64,000 nucleotides of DNA, taken from contig OZ024740.1 in assembly GCA_964016885.1 (NCBI GenBank), positions 208,258,001-208,322,000 of the forward strand, in the 5' to 3' direction. Positions within the stretch are counted from its first letter, which is position 1; every line of letters starts with the position of its first letter. Under the pieces are notes generated by a model, which ran no database searches, was not told where the DNA came from, and saw only the letters and a program-made list of their open reading frames with translations. Position numbers and translations under genes: made by a program. Source of the stretch: Eledone cirrhosa. Taxonomy: Eukaryota. This document shows positions 1 to 11,744 of the stretch, one piece after another.

Positions 1-183
1 TGAACAAAGTCTAATGTGAGAGGGAGATGAAAGGGAGGTAACTGTGAGGGAGAGACGGTAGATTGTACGGAAGGGGTCCTCAGGAAGAGGGGGAGAGGGG
101 GGAAGGTGGTATTTGTAATTATTTATAGTCACTGGTGATTAGATTAAAGAAGTGCCAATTTATTACATTTTCAGATTTTCAGA

Positions 184-219
<36 letters not shown>

Positions 220-644
220 CTGTGTGTGTGTGTGTGCGTGTCTACCTCTGTGTGTATATACATACATAGGCATAGATATAGATATATACACACACAGACA
301 TACATATATATAAATATATATATATATATTCAATAGTTGTCATGTGACTATAAAGACTAGAGAGACGATACACTGATTAAATTACTTTAGTGATTGCAGT
401 CTTTGAATATTGGGATAGAGGGAGGGGGGGAGAAAGATGGACAGAGAGAGAGAGAGGGGGGTATATATATATATATGAAGACAGAAAGAGAGAGGCAAAC
501 GGAGAGAGAGAAAAAAAGTGTGAGAGAAGGGGGGACAGAGAAAATGACAGAGACGTTGTGTGAGTGCACATATGTGTGTGTGTGTATATGTGCATGTGTA
601 TGAGTGCATGTATATGTGTATGTATTTCTATGTGCATGCGTCTG

Positions 645-930
645 CGTGTGTATAGATGTTTGTGTTCGTCAGTGTAGATTTGTATATATGTTTGTAGGTA
701 GACATTAGTGTATGTATGTGTGTATAGATGTGTGTGTTCGTCAGTATAGATATGTGTGTATATATGTATGTAGGCATTAGTGTATGTATGTGTGTATTGA
801 TGTGTGTGTTCGTCAGTATAGATATGTGTGTATATATGTATGTAAGCATTAGTGTATGTATGTGTATATAGAAGTTTGTGTTCGTCAGTATAGATATGTA
901 TGTGTGTAGGCAGTTAGTGTATGTGTATAT
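645..930. repeat. 72-bp minisatellite (~4 copies) built from TG/TATG microsatellite
   Basis: GTTCGTCAGTRTAGAT recurs at ~664, 736, 808 and 880. Confidence 0.85.
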
Positions 931-1182
931 ACAAAGGAGGTTTATATGAACGATACCAAAGAAAGTAGCCAATATTTGACCATATTTCTTTTGTGTTGAT
1001 TATTTTCTATTTTAATGTTTCGTATCGGGTCACTTATTTTACTTTGAAGATGGCCATGTATTTTGACTTTAATGCGTGCATATATATATATGCGCATTGA
1101 ATACTCCCATGATTAGTGGTCCCCCTGGTCTCAGCACCACATACTCTCTCTCTCACTCTCTCTCTCTGTATATATATATGTC

Positions 1183-1264
<82 letters not shown>

Positions 1265-1484
1265 GAGAGAGAAAGAGAATTCTATAAGTTGATAAAACAA
1301 CCGTAAGGCGTTCATATATTTTAAGCTCAAATGTGGTTTATTTTATATCCAGATTAACGAGAGATATTTCAGAGGTAAATCCAATTGGTATACTTCCGGT
1401 GATCTTAGATTTAAATCACAGAGCATATATTAACAAGAAATAAGTCACCAAGTTCAACAGTTAATACATTATTTATTTGATCTA

Positions 1485-1655
1485 CACGTGTTTCATTCCG
1501 TTTACAATATCCCAATAAAGAAATCGCCAGGATCAATATTATATATAACATATTAAAAAGTGTATTCTGTAACCACATGTTTGAGCCATAAATATGTTAT
1601 ATATATAATTGATCCTGGCGATTTCTTTATAAGGATAATTGAATGAAACGCGTGG
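1485..1655. repeat. Inverted repeat, probable Penelope pLTR remnant
   Basis: ATAAAGAAATCGCCAGGATCAAT (~1513-1537) is the reverse complement of ATTGATCCTGGCGATTTCTTTAT (~1608-1630); the outer ends carry GAAACGCGT-like half-hammerhead motifs. Confidence 0.55.
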
Positions 1656-1679
1656 TGAACTTAGTGATTTATTTCTTTG

Positions 1680-1915
1680 TTGGACTTACGATCATAATGT
1701 CGCGGGTTCGATCCCTGGGTTGCGTGTTGTGTTCTTGAGCAACACTTCATTTCCCGTTGCTCCAGTATACTCAGCTGAAAATGAGTACCAGCAATAGCTG
1801 GGGGTTTAACCCTGCGATGGACTGGCGTCCTGTCCAAGGGGAAGTCTTGTACTCTCAGTCGCTTCACGCCATGAAACCGGGATAAGCACCGGCCCAATGA
1901 GACTTCTGACTTAAG

Positions 1916-1925
<10 letters not shown>
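1680..1925 (+). mobile_element. tRNA-derived SINE with V-SINE-like conserved central domain
   Basis: B-box GGTTCGATCCC (~1705), central CCCTGCGATGGACTGGCGTCCTGTCCAAGGGG, ends in a (TA)n tract. Confidence 0.7.
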
Positions 1926-2005
<80 letters not shown>

Positions 2006-2060
2006 CATGCATATATATACATACATACATACATATATACTTATATACATATATACATAT

Positions 2061-2120
<60 letters not shown>

Positions 2121-2304
2121 ATGTATATATATATATGTATGTATGTATATGTATACAATTAGGTTTAATGCATCAATTATGCAAATTTAAACGATATATA
2201 TTTTTTTTTCATATACCAAATCGAGAAATTACTAGTATTATGTACACATATATAGAAAACAAATAATATATCTATTATATAAGATAAAAATCTGTTTGAT
2301 TATC

Positions 2305-3062
<758 letters not shown>

Positions 3063-3065
3063 TAA

Positions 3066-3150
3066 ATTTAGTCCTTCATCAGTGATCTTCCAACCTTCAT
3101 TGGTATTTCATCGCTTTAAAGACCATATACCTCCGGTTGGTGCGAGCAAC
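3066..3150 (-). ncRNA. Conserved pseudoknotted RNA motif with kink-turn and hammerhead core strands (copy A)
   Basis: Colinear with 57191-57272 and 57739-57823; outer stem CCAACC/GGTTGG here versus CTAGCC/GGCTAG there. Confidence 0.6.
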
Positions 3151-4287
3151 AGCTAAAGAAAATCATTGGGACACGTAAATAAGGGGAACGAGCGAGACTG
3201 TAAACAATCAGAGATGGTAATGCAACGAAAAGTGAGGAAGAAGGAGTCAAGTCCCAGAATTCGATGAATATAAGTTCTGTGAAATCGTGGACATATATAT
3301 ATATATATCCGTGTGGGAGGTGCGGACCTGAGTTTATGTTTAGCAGTTCGATAACCGGGGCTGTATCAAAAAGCTGATCGAATAATTCGATTATGATAGA
3401 TCGATAAAATTAGTACCGGTCGGGGTCCATATATTCGGCTAAAAACCATTAAAAAGTAAAAGAATATGCGAATTCCTTTTTCTATCTACATACTCGAGTG
3501 TTTACATTATAGACTGCTCAATGCTTATCTATAGATAACTCTTTAAATATGCTATAAATCTAAGAGTTTTGTCTCTTGAATATAAATCTGTTTAGCGTTA
3601 GTACTGGAAAGTTTCCATCCGTAATTAGTCCCATCTTATCCCTGCGGACGAATTTGAAAATTTAGCGTCTTGTATCTCTTTGAATATCTTGGAATTCATT
3701 TTGGCTTAGTTCCCGAAAATTATCTATCTACCTTTTACAGGTTTTGGCTACAGTTGCTACTCAAAGTGGAGCATGAATTAGTACTAACTATTTTGGGATT
3801 TTGTTCTCGTTTTGCTGAAGTTTAATTCAATAAACACGACAGTCAGAAATATTTTATTCCTTTACTGGTTCCAGTCCATTGCGTTGTGGCCAGAGTGGAA
3901 CATTCAGTCTTAGGGCAGAGCTTTCGGTCTTTAGCACTGCTTATTTTCTCACACTCGAACTTTCAACAAACTGCTTTGTTGAAATAGATCCATAAACACA
4001 CAAAACTGACCCAACTGTGATCTTCTCAAGGCTGAAGTGACACATTGGAAAATTGCTTCCATGTTTAAGACCATGCTACTGTAGTTACATACAGACAATC
4101 TAGACCACATCTAAAAACTTCCATTTGTTTATTATGAAAGGTTCACTGGTCAACACATTACAACCACTAATCCCTAAGCATGACACTTCCCTTTTATTAC
4201 AATAGTCTCTCGTTTTCTCCAATTAAAAATCTGTATAATTTCTTTACCCAGGCCTCTACCACTACTACAATGACTATATGCAAAGTT

Positions 4288-4535
4288 TTCTTCTTCTTCT
4301 TCTTCTTCGCCCATTTATTCCTAGGAGGTTCGTGGATGCAGAATCCTGAAACACTCCTTCCAGTAGGTCCTGTCAGAAGCAACCATCTCCAACTGATCCG
4401 GCTGGATCCCCAAGTCGGACCAGCCAAGCTCATGGATGTTATCTAACAATCTTCCTAGGAGTCTACTCCTGAGTCTCCTGCCGGTTGGTTTTTGCCTGCA
4501 AAATCTGTCCAGCCATTCGTTCCTGAGACATTCTA
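4288..4535 (-). mobile_element. RTE-like LINE 3' fragment with (GAA)n tail
   Basis: The minus strand reads KPTGRRLRSRLLGRLLDNIHELGWSDLGIQPDQLEMVASDRTYWK, an RTE-type C-terminus, and ends in (CTT)n on +; paralogue at 7068-7460. Confidence 0.65.
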
Positions 4536-4537
4536 AC

Positions 4538-4602
4538 TACGAGGGTAATCCCAAAAGTAAGGTCTCCAAAGTGATGGGGACGCAGAGAAACTGTTCGTAC
4601 GG
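4538..4602 (+). mobile_element. Mariner-like TIR fragment
   Basis: TA-CGAGGGTAATCCCAAAAGTAAGGTCTCC is identical to the left end of the element at 8165. Confidence 0.7.
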
Positions 4603-4817
4603 CTTTTCATTCTCTCGAGGTCAATAAAGTACCAGTCCAGTACTGGTGCTGGAGGGTTGGAGTTTCCCCTCCCTCTCTGGAAGAAATTGGCTGTGTTCAA
4701 ACCTGAAGAGGGATGGGCTCTGTCAGGTTAAAATGCTCAAGATTCCCCCTTCGCCAATCAGAAGTTAAGGGCCTTCCTTTCTATAGCCTCTTAAGTGTAA
4801 AGATGAAATTTAGTTAC

Positions 4818-4965
4818 ACATCATCATCACCATTTAACGTCTATTTTTCCATGCTTGCCTACATCATGAGACAAGTCTGGCCAGCTGGCTGTGCCGGACC
4901 TTGTTCAGACAGAACTGTATTTTGGCTTGGATTTTTACAGCTGGAGGGCCTTCCTAACACTGACC
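4818..4965 (-). mobile_element. SINE/LINE 3' tail fragment ending in (TGA)n
   Basis: CATCATCATCACCATTTAACGTCTATTTTTCCATGCT matches the reverse complement of 20570-20608. Confidence 0.5.
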
Positions 4966-5159
4966 AGATTTTCACAAATTAAATAAAAACAAAAATTACA
5001 GCTTTGGAAAATCAATAGAAATTGCTCAGCAACAGTAATACAAGATAGATAGATAGATAGATAATGTTTCTCTGTTTTTCTGTTTCTTTTACTCACATAC
5101 CTGAATCTATTTTATCTGTTCAATACATAAATAATCAATGAACATCGTCGCGCTAATTA

Positions 5160-6424
5160 CACCGTGTAACAAACAAAAATTTTTCTCTGTTCCTGGCTTG
5201 TAATCACTTTTTTTGTGTTGCTTAGGTCGCAAATAAATAAAAAAAAAGTGCTATTAAACAGTTAAAAGTTTGGGTTTGTAAATATTCTAATTATTCACTA
5301 GAATTATTTGTATGCTGGATTTTACGTTGTATGTAAGTTTAATTTGCTTATGTTAAATGATTTTTTTTATATATGTTTCAGGTTAAATTAAAATTATAAA
5401 ATAAAGAGTAATACCTAAAGAAAATTATAAAAGTTCAATAAAGTATAAAATTGTTAAAAAGTGGATTAAAGAGATTTATTGATACTGGATTTTCGCACAC
5501 TGAATAAAGGGTAAGTTGTGTTTTAAGCATTCGTCTCCAGGATGAAGCAGTGGAACTTAGTCAAGGAAGAAGTGCAGGTGACAAGTCAGAGAAGGATTGT
5601 GCTCATGCCACCACTGCACATTAAGTTGGGGTTGATGAAGCAGTTTGTGAAGGCTCTCACCCAAGAATCAGCCGCTTTTAAGTACCTTCTTGAGTTCTTC
5701 CCCAAGTTATCTGAGGCCAAAATCAAAGGTGAAATTTGTGTTGGACCTCAGATAAAGAAGGTGTTTGAGTCTACCAAGTTCTCCAATAAGCTCAATAGGA
5801 TTGAGAGAACAGCATGGAACTGTTTCAAGGCAGTAGTTAAGGGCTTCCTGGGCAACTACAGAGCTGAAAACTACCAGCAACTGGTGCAGGATCTGATAAA
5901 GGCTTTTGGCGCCATGGGATGCAGGATGTCGCTTAAACTCCATATGCTGGACGTTCACCTGGAAATATTCAAGGACAATATGGGCGCCTACTCAGAAGAA
6001 CAAGGCGAACGATTCCACCAAGATGTGAAAGAGATAGAGCGGAGGTACCAGGGCCACTACAATGAAAAAATTATGGGGGACTATATCTGGGGGCTAGTGC
6101 GGTAATGCGACCTGGACTACAACCGCAAAACCAGGAAATCCAGTCATTATTGACGTTGCTTTATAAGTTATTTGTTTTTACTTGTTTGCTTTTGATAAGT
6201 TTGTGTAATAAAATAAATATATACTCTGTTGATTTAATTATATGAACTGATAAATTTTTTTTAAATGTTTTTTTTCTTGAAAAATATGAAAATTTCGAAA
6301 TATCAAACTCCTGACCACAAACCCAAACTTCTGATTAAATAATAGTGTTTTTCTATAATAATGGGATATAACAAACCAGGGAATGACACTTAGAACCGGG
6401 GAACCAAAAATATGTTACACGGTA
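5160..6424 (+). mobile_element. Chapaev3-type (CMC) DNA transposon, internally deleted
   Basis: TIRs CACCGTGTAACA...TGTTACACGGT(A); 3-bp TTA TSD at 5157-5159 and 6425-6427; transposase C-terminal ORF inside. Confidence 0.8.
5542..6105 (+). pseudogene. Transposase C-terminal fragment (Chapaev3-like)
   Basis: Motifs PPLHIKLGLMKQFVKAL, MSLKLH, SEEQGERFHQD and RRYQG; the N-terminal part is missing. Confidence 0.8.
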
Positions 6425-6476
6425 TTATCATAGTAATTAGGTTTATCGCTAATTTATAAAGGTTTAACAGATTTAC

Positions 6477-6542
6477 CTGTTGTCTGAAGTTAAACTCTGG
6501 TCTGTGGTCGATTCGTCTGTATTCCGCACCGAATGGGCTGAT
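6477..6542 (-). CDS. Candidate host-gene exon
   Basis: tag| ...ACAACAG|gtaaat with an upstream pyrimidine tract; open as ISPFGAEYRRIDHRPEFNFRQQ or SAHSVRNTDESTTDQSLTSDN. Confidence 0.35.
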
Positions 6543-6704
6543 CTATTACAATCTAATAATGATAGAACAGATTGTTACAAGAAAAGAGGATGTCAGAAAC
6601 TACAGCAGATAATCAATGAGGAATATGTTAGAACTAAACCAATACCAATCTAAAAGATTATGGATACAGGTAGGAAACACTTTTCTCTGTTGGTATTTAG
6701 TTAC

Positions 6705-6900
6705 GAGCCTAGAACCACCTCTCTACTTACTGCCATCGGCACAGAGATGGCTACCACAGGTGTGAGCCTTGCGAGTTGGAATGGCTCTGACAGCTCGTCT
6801 CCCTCACCGTCCTCCGAGGAAACGCCTTCTCTATTCTGTCCGCTAGGGCCGCGGGGCGGTCAGCGCATGGGTCCCCATTTGCTCATAATAATGAGAGATG
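6705..6900. repeat. Dispersed repeat (SINE-like)
   Basis: Homologous to 50388-50600 (GGTGTGAGCCTYGCGAGTTGGAATGGCTCT...GGAAACGCCTTCTCTATTCT). Confidence 0.7.
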
Positions 6901-7067
6901 CGGAGAGTGGGAGGGACAGATGCAGTGACATTGAGAGTTTGGTTCCATTGTGATCGTACTTGACAGAACTTGCAACTACATTTTAATAGAAGTTACGAAC
7001 CTTTACCTTCAGAATTCACGTCCCGTTGGGGTCAAATTACATTTCGTCTTTGGAACAAATTAACAGT

Positions 7068-7233
7068 TTCTTCTTCTTCTTCTTCTTCTTCTTCTTCTTC
7101 TTCTTCTTCTTCTTCTTCTTCTTCTTCTTCTTCTTCTTCTTCTTCTTTGTCATCGTCTTCTTCTTCTTCTTTGTCGTCGTCTTCTTCTTTGTCGTCTTCT
7201 TCTTTGTCGTCGTCTTCTTCTCCTTCTTCTTCC

Positions 7234-7265
<32 letters not shown>

Positions 7266-7460
7266 TTCTTCGCCGCCGTCGTCGTCGACGTCATGGGGGC
7301 AGAGTCCTCAAACAATCCTTCCAGCGGGTCCTGTCAGAAGTAACCGTCTCTAATTGATCCAGTTTGATCCACAAGCGAGACCAGCTGAGCCCATGGATGT
7401 TATCCAACTATCTTGCTCGGGGTCCACCCTAGGGTCTCCTGTCGGTTGGCTTTGCCCGTA
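7068..7460 (-). mobile_element. RTE-like LINE 3' fragment with long (GAA)n tail
   Basis: About 200 bp of (CTT)n/(GTC)n followed by sequence paralogous to 4310-4500. Confidence 0.65.
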
Positions 7461-7494
7461 AAATTAACAGCTCAATACCTATATATAATTGTAT

Positions 7495-7675
7495 CCTAGT
7501 GGTTAGGATATTAAGCCCGTGATCATAAGGTCAGCTGAAAATGGATATCAGAGGCAACTAGAGATTTAAACCTGTGATGGATTGGTGTCGCGCCCATGGG
7601 GAGTCATGTACTCTCAGTCTCTAAAAGCCCATAAAACAAGCCCTGAACTCTGTCCAACTGGTGCAAGCACGGAGA
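7495..7675 (+). mobile_element. Degenerate copy of the 1680 SINE
   Basis: TCAGCTGAAAATGG...CCTGTGATGGATTGGTGTC...TGTACTCTCAGTC is shared with 1770-1860. Confidence 0.55.
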
Positions 7676-8078
7676 AACAGATGTAATACGTTAACTCTAT
7701 CTCATATGATCGTGTTTTATAAATTCTAAATAGAGACACTAAGTATTCATTTATCCAACACACTATTAACTGTGCTACTGTAGCCCACTTCTCCAGAGGC
7801 ATTAATTACAAGGTTAATTATATTTAACACAACATCACTAATCTATCAATTCTGTTCATTAAATCTAACTAAACCTAATCGTATCTATTCACTAGTTTAC
7901 CAATTCTCTTCAGACTTTGTGATTAATAAATAAATCGTTATTGTTATTATTTAAACAAAAGTAATCATATCGTATTTAGAAAGAGAAGTGAACCAATTTA
8001 GACAGAAATATGAAATATGACCAAATTAATAAGAATGGAAACATATTCTACTGGTAAATAGTAACAATAATATTGGTC

Positions 8079-8164
<86 letters not shown>

Positions 8165-8165
<1 letters not shown>

Positions 8166-8559
8166 GAGGGTAATCCCAAAAGTAAGGTCTCCAAAGCGAT
8201 AGGGACGCAGAGAAACTGTTCGTACGGCTGTTGGCAACACTGTTGTGATTGGTGCTTCCTTCACTCCCAAACAAGCATGCGCGCGCTTCGCTGGGATGCT
8301 CAATCTTGGCTTGGCAGCCGTTGAGAATGGAGCTCCCGTTGAACGCTACCGCCAAGTGCGAATTTCGCGCAGTTATTATATACGTAGGCAATCCCGAAAA
8401 TAAGGTCTCCTTCCGAGGAAAACATGCGTAAAGATCGGCGGTTCACTCTGGATGCTCTCTGTATTTTTGGTTCCTGAGGTTTCCCGAAGCACCATCCACA
8501 GGATTTTAACGGAAAAGTTGCAATATCGGAAGAAGACCTTACTTTGGGGATTGCCCTCG
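8165..8559 (+). mobile_element. Mariner-derived non-autonomous element with a nested second TIR
   Basis: TA|CGAGGGTAATCCCAAAAGTAAGGTC...GACCTTACTTTGGGGATTGCCCTCG|TA; transposase N-terminal remnant MELPLNATAKCEFRAVI; extra TIR at ~8381-8410. Confidence 0.8.
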
Positions 8560-8564
8560 TATAT

Positions 8565-8895
8565 ATAACGAAGGAAGTGTGGTAAGGAACCAGGTGGACC
8601 ATATCCAGAAATACCCGTCGAAACGGCTTGAGCTCTGCCGTCGGGGTCTTGAACATTTTCATATATATATATATATAAGAACCAGTAGGACCCCGACGGC
8701 TGGGCTCAAGCCGTTTCGACGGCTAATTCTGGACTAAATGAACATTTTTATTTAGTCCAGAATTAGCCGTCGAAACGGCTTGAGCTAAGCCGTCGGGGTC
8801 CTACTCGTTCCTATTACCCACTCTACTACCCTAAGTATTGAGTACTTTGGTGCGTTATGGTCCATCTGGTTCCTTACCACATTTCCTTCGTTATA
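8565..8895. repeat. Nested inverted PLE pLTR fragments
   Basis: CCGTCGAAACGGCTTGAGC occurs at ~8615 (+), ~8715 (-) and ~8767 (+); outer IR AACGAAGGAAGTGTGGTAAGGAACC / GGTTCCTTACCACATTTCCTTCGTT. Confidence 0.6.
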
Positions 8896-8983
8896 TATAT
8901 ATGTAGTTATACACACACATATATATATATGTGTGTAGTTATACAGACACACGCACATACACACACGCGCGCGCGCGCGCGCC

Positions 8984-9032
<49 letters not shown>

Positions 9033-9067
9033 ATTAGAATTGGTGCTCTGAAATAGCTATATATATA

Positions 9068-9555
9068 TATGAATATATATATAGTGTATTTTGCAATACA
9101 CTGTATGCTTAATTAAAAGCATTTCGAAGACCTTATGCTATTGTTTTAGAGTAGTGACAGACTCACTTACTTTAATGTCAGCAAATAGTGGGAGATAAAG
9201 CTGACAAGGCCTTGTTTCGCATTTATTGATGCTTATCAAATCCAACTACTCCTCCTGCTTGCTAATTTTCAATTTCTGCTTGACCGGCAACCGCTCTGTA
9301 TAATCAGTTCCTGATTATTTACTAGAATTCTATAAGAACCAAACATCCATGATTTCAGCAAGCAGGAGGAGTAGTTGGCTTTGATAAGCATCAATAAATG
9401 CGAAACAAGGCCTTGTCAGCTTTATCTCCCCCTGTTTGCTGAAATTAATATAAGTGAGTCTGTCACTACTCTAAAACAATAGCATAAGGTCTTCGAAATG
9501 CTTTTAATTAAGCATACAGTGTATTGCAAAATACACTATATATACATTCATATAT
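9068..9555. repeat. Long inverted repeat (~195-bp arms, ~90-bp spacer) with a hammerhead in each arm
   Basis: 9070-9265 is the near-exact reverse complement of 9355-9552. Confidence 0.85.
9377..9421 (+). ncRNA. Type I hammerhead, U3-A8 core variant
   Basis: GCT-TTGATAA-GCATcaataaATGC-GAAA-CAAGGCCTTG-TC^AGC; mirror copy on - at ~9199-9243 has a stem I mismatch. Confidence 0.7.
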
Positions 9556-9691
9556 AGATTTTGAGTTTATGTTGGTTGTATACCAACACCTCAGTATGCA
9601 GGCTGGAGCACTCGACGAAGTGCGCAGGTTGGTTTGGTTACTCCGGAGTAGTGTAAAATAAAGTTAAATAAATATATATATATTATATAAT

Positions 9692-9767
9692 CCTGTTATA
9701 CGTATTTCGAAGACGTCAAAGTGATTGCCTCCCATAATAACCCTTTGACGTGTTCTCTTCAGACAGG
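9692..9767 (-). ncRNA. Type I hammerhead ribozyme
   Basis: CCTGT-CTGAAGA-GAAcACGTCAAAG...CTTTGACGTcTTC-GAAA-TACGTA-TA^ACAGG. Confidence 0.85.
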
Positions 9768-10794
9768 TGCAAAGTTGTGGTGTTTTAGTTTTTGATATGT
9801 TACGGCAGTTAGGAGCGTGGTGGTAGCATCCACTCCAGTAGGCATATGACTACTAGAGTGGATACTACCACACACGTACACCAACAACAATAACAACAAA
9901 TATGTGTATTGAACTTATGTATCAATGATGGTGCCCCAGCATGGCCTCAGCCTGGAACCTATAATAGAGTAATAAACTAATTAAAGTAAATAGATATGTC
10001 GTTGGGATTTCATATTGTTTTCCCGTTACGAAACAAGTTTTGTCTTTTAAGTATGTGATTCGCTGTACAGCGCTCTCCTAGAATGGAGTCGATACAAAAA
10101 GACTGTTTTATTCTACAATCTGTACTGATTCGTTTCCCATCGAGGGTGCTCTGCTCGGCTATTTCAATCATGCCTCTGCTTTTTATTGACTCATATCCTA
10201 TATTTGCTTCATTAAGTTTGTGGTTGCCATCTTGCAGAGAATAAACGTTGTTATATGAAATTAAATAAGGCGTAAGACGAAATAAACGAATCCTAAATGA
10301 TAGGGGTGAAGGTAGGGGATAGGGGAGTATAGATATTTGCTTAAATTCTTATAAGCGGAGGATGGAATAAACGGTAGGGGGGAATCGGTAATTGTATAGT
10401 GTACGTTCGTAAATATGGGATTTCTTGTAATGTTCTTTTTTTGTCATATATAATGTTTAGAATAAAATTATTATTAGATTCTCCAGCTGCTGTATCAATA
10501 TGAATCACTTACAAAAATTTCGCCAGAGATAGATGAGCAAAATTTGATAAGCGGAGAAGGTGGGGGGGGGGGGTATTCAAGACCTGAGAGTACATGTTTA
10601 TATTATATACATGTCAAATATATAAGTTTTCCCTTTTCATATATTTGTATTCATTGGTAGATATATTACGAAACACACACACAATATACATATATATAAA
10701 TATAATTACAGACACACACATTGACACTTAATGCTAATAAACAGTAGTAATAAATAAATATCTTCCTACATTCCCGGAAATGTTCCCCCCCCCC

Positions 10795-10795
10795 T

Positions 10796-10856
<61 letters not shown>

Positions 10857-11014
10857 CTCTCGCTCTCATTCTCTCTCATTCCTCTTCCCACCTCTTCACT
10901 CACTTTTACTCTCTCTTTCTCTCTTTCTCTCTCTCACTCTCCAACCCCTCTCTTTTCCATCGCTCCTCTCTTTTCCACCGTCCCTCTCTGTCCATCCTTT
11001 TCTCTCTCAGTCGT

Positions 11015-11046
<32 letters not shown>

Positions 11047-11370
11047 CCTCCATCCCTCTTTCTCTCTCCCTCACTCTCTCACACGTTATCCCTCTCTCTC
11101 TCTCTCTCTCTCTCATCTCTCACTTTATCCGTCTCTCTCTTTCTCTATCTCTCACTCTCTCTCTCCTCTCTCTCTCTCCCTCTCTCACTCTCCCTCTCTC
11201 TCCATCTCTTTCTCACTCTCTCTCTCCTCCTCCTCCTCTTTCTCTATCTCTCACTCTCTCTCCTCTCTCCCACTCTCTCTCACTCTCTCTCTCTCTCTCT
11301 CCATCTCTTTCTCACCCTCTCCCCCCCTCCTCCTCCTCTCTCTCTCACTCTCATTCTCTCTCTCCCTCAA
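10795..11370. repeat. (CT)n-rich polypyrimidine tract
   Basis: About 570 bp of almost pure C/T on +. Confidence 0.9.
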
Positions 11371-11744
11371 CTCCAAACTCCATAAATCTTCAATAAACCA
11401 TAACTATTAAATCCCATCCAATGACTTCCGCCTCCGGCTATGCCATATTCCCTGTCTAATGACGACATATGGTTGAATGAAACACTCCCTGCTTCACTAA
11501 CAATCGTTATCAGTATTTTAGATTCTACTTTTACATTTACTTTACATATCATTTTCATGTTTCTCACATTTATCATTATTAGCTGACGCCGTGGAAATTC
11601 CACGGTTTCATCAGAAACCCCTAGTAAGTATTTCCTTCGTCCCGTAAATCTTGGTGGAGTTGTAGGGCGCTGTAATGATACACATCGTTCCTTGAGCATT
11701 TTAAAACCTGGCGGAGCCCACCACTTCACACATTTACAATGAGT

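Noticed and set aside
377-2158. Many YI/HT/CV/SL/ER-repeat ORFs here and across the window
   Set aside because: They are translations of (TA)n, (CA)n and (CT)n microsatellites, which lack stop codons.
6970-7353. Poly-Ser / poly-Lys / poly-Phe ORFs
   Set aside because: They are the (GAA)n tail of an RTE fragment.
11367-11729. 120-aa ORF as a gene or terminal exon
   Set aside because: No recognisable motif and weak acceptor sites; it cannot be supported.
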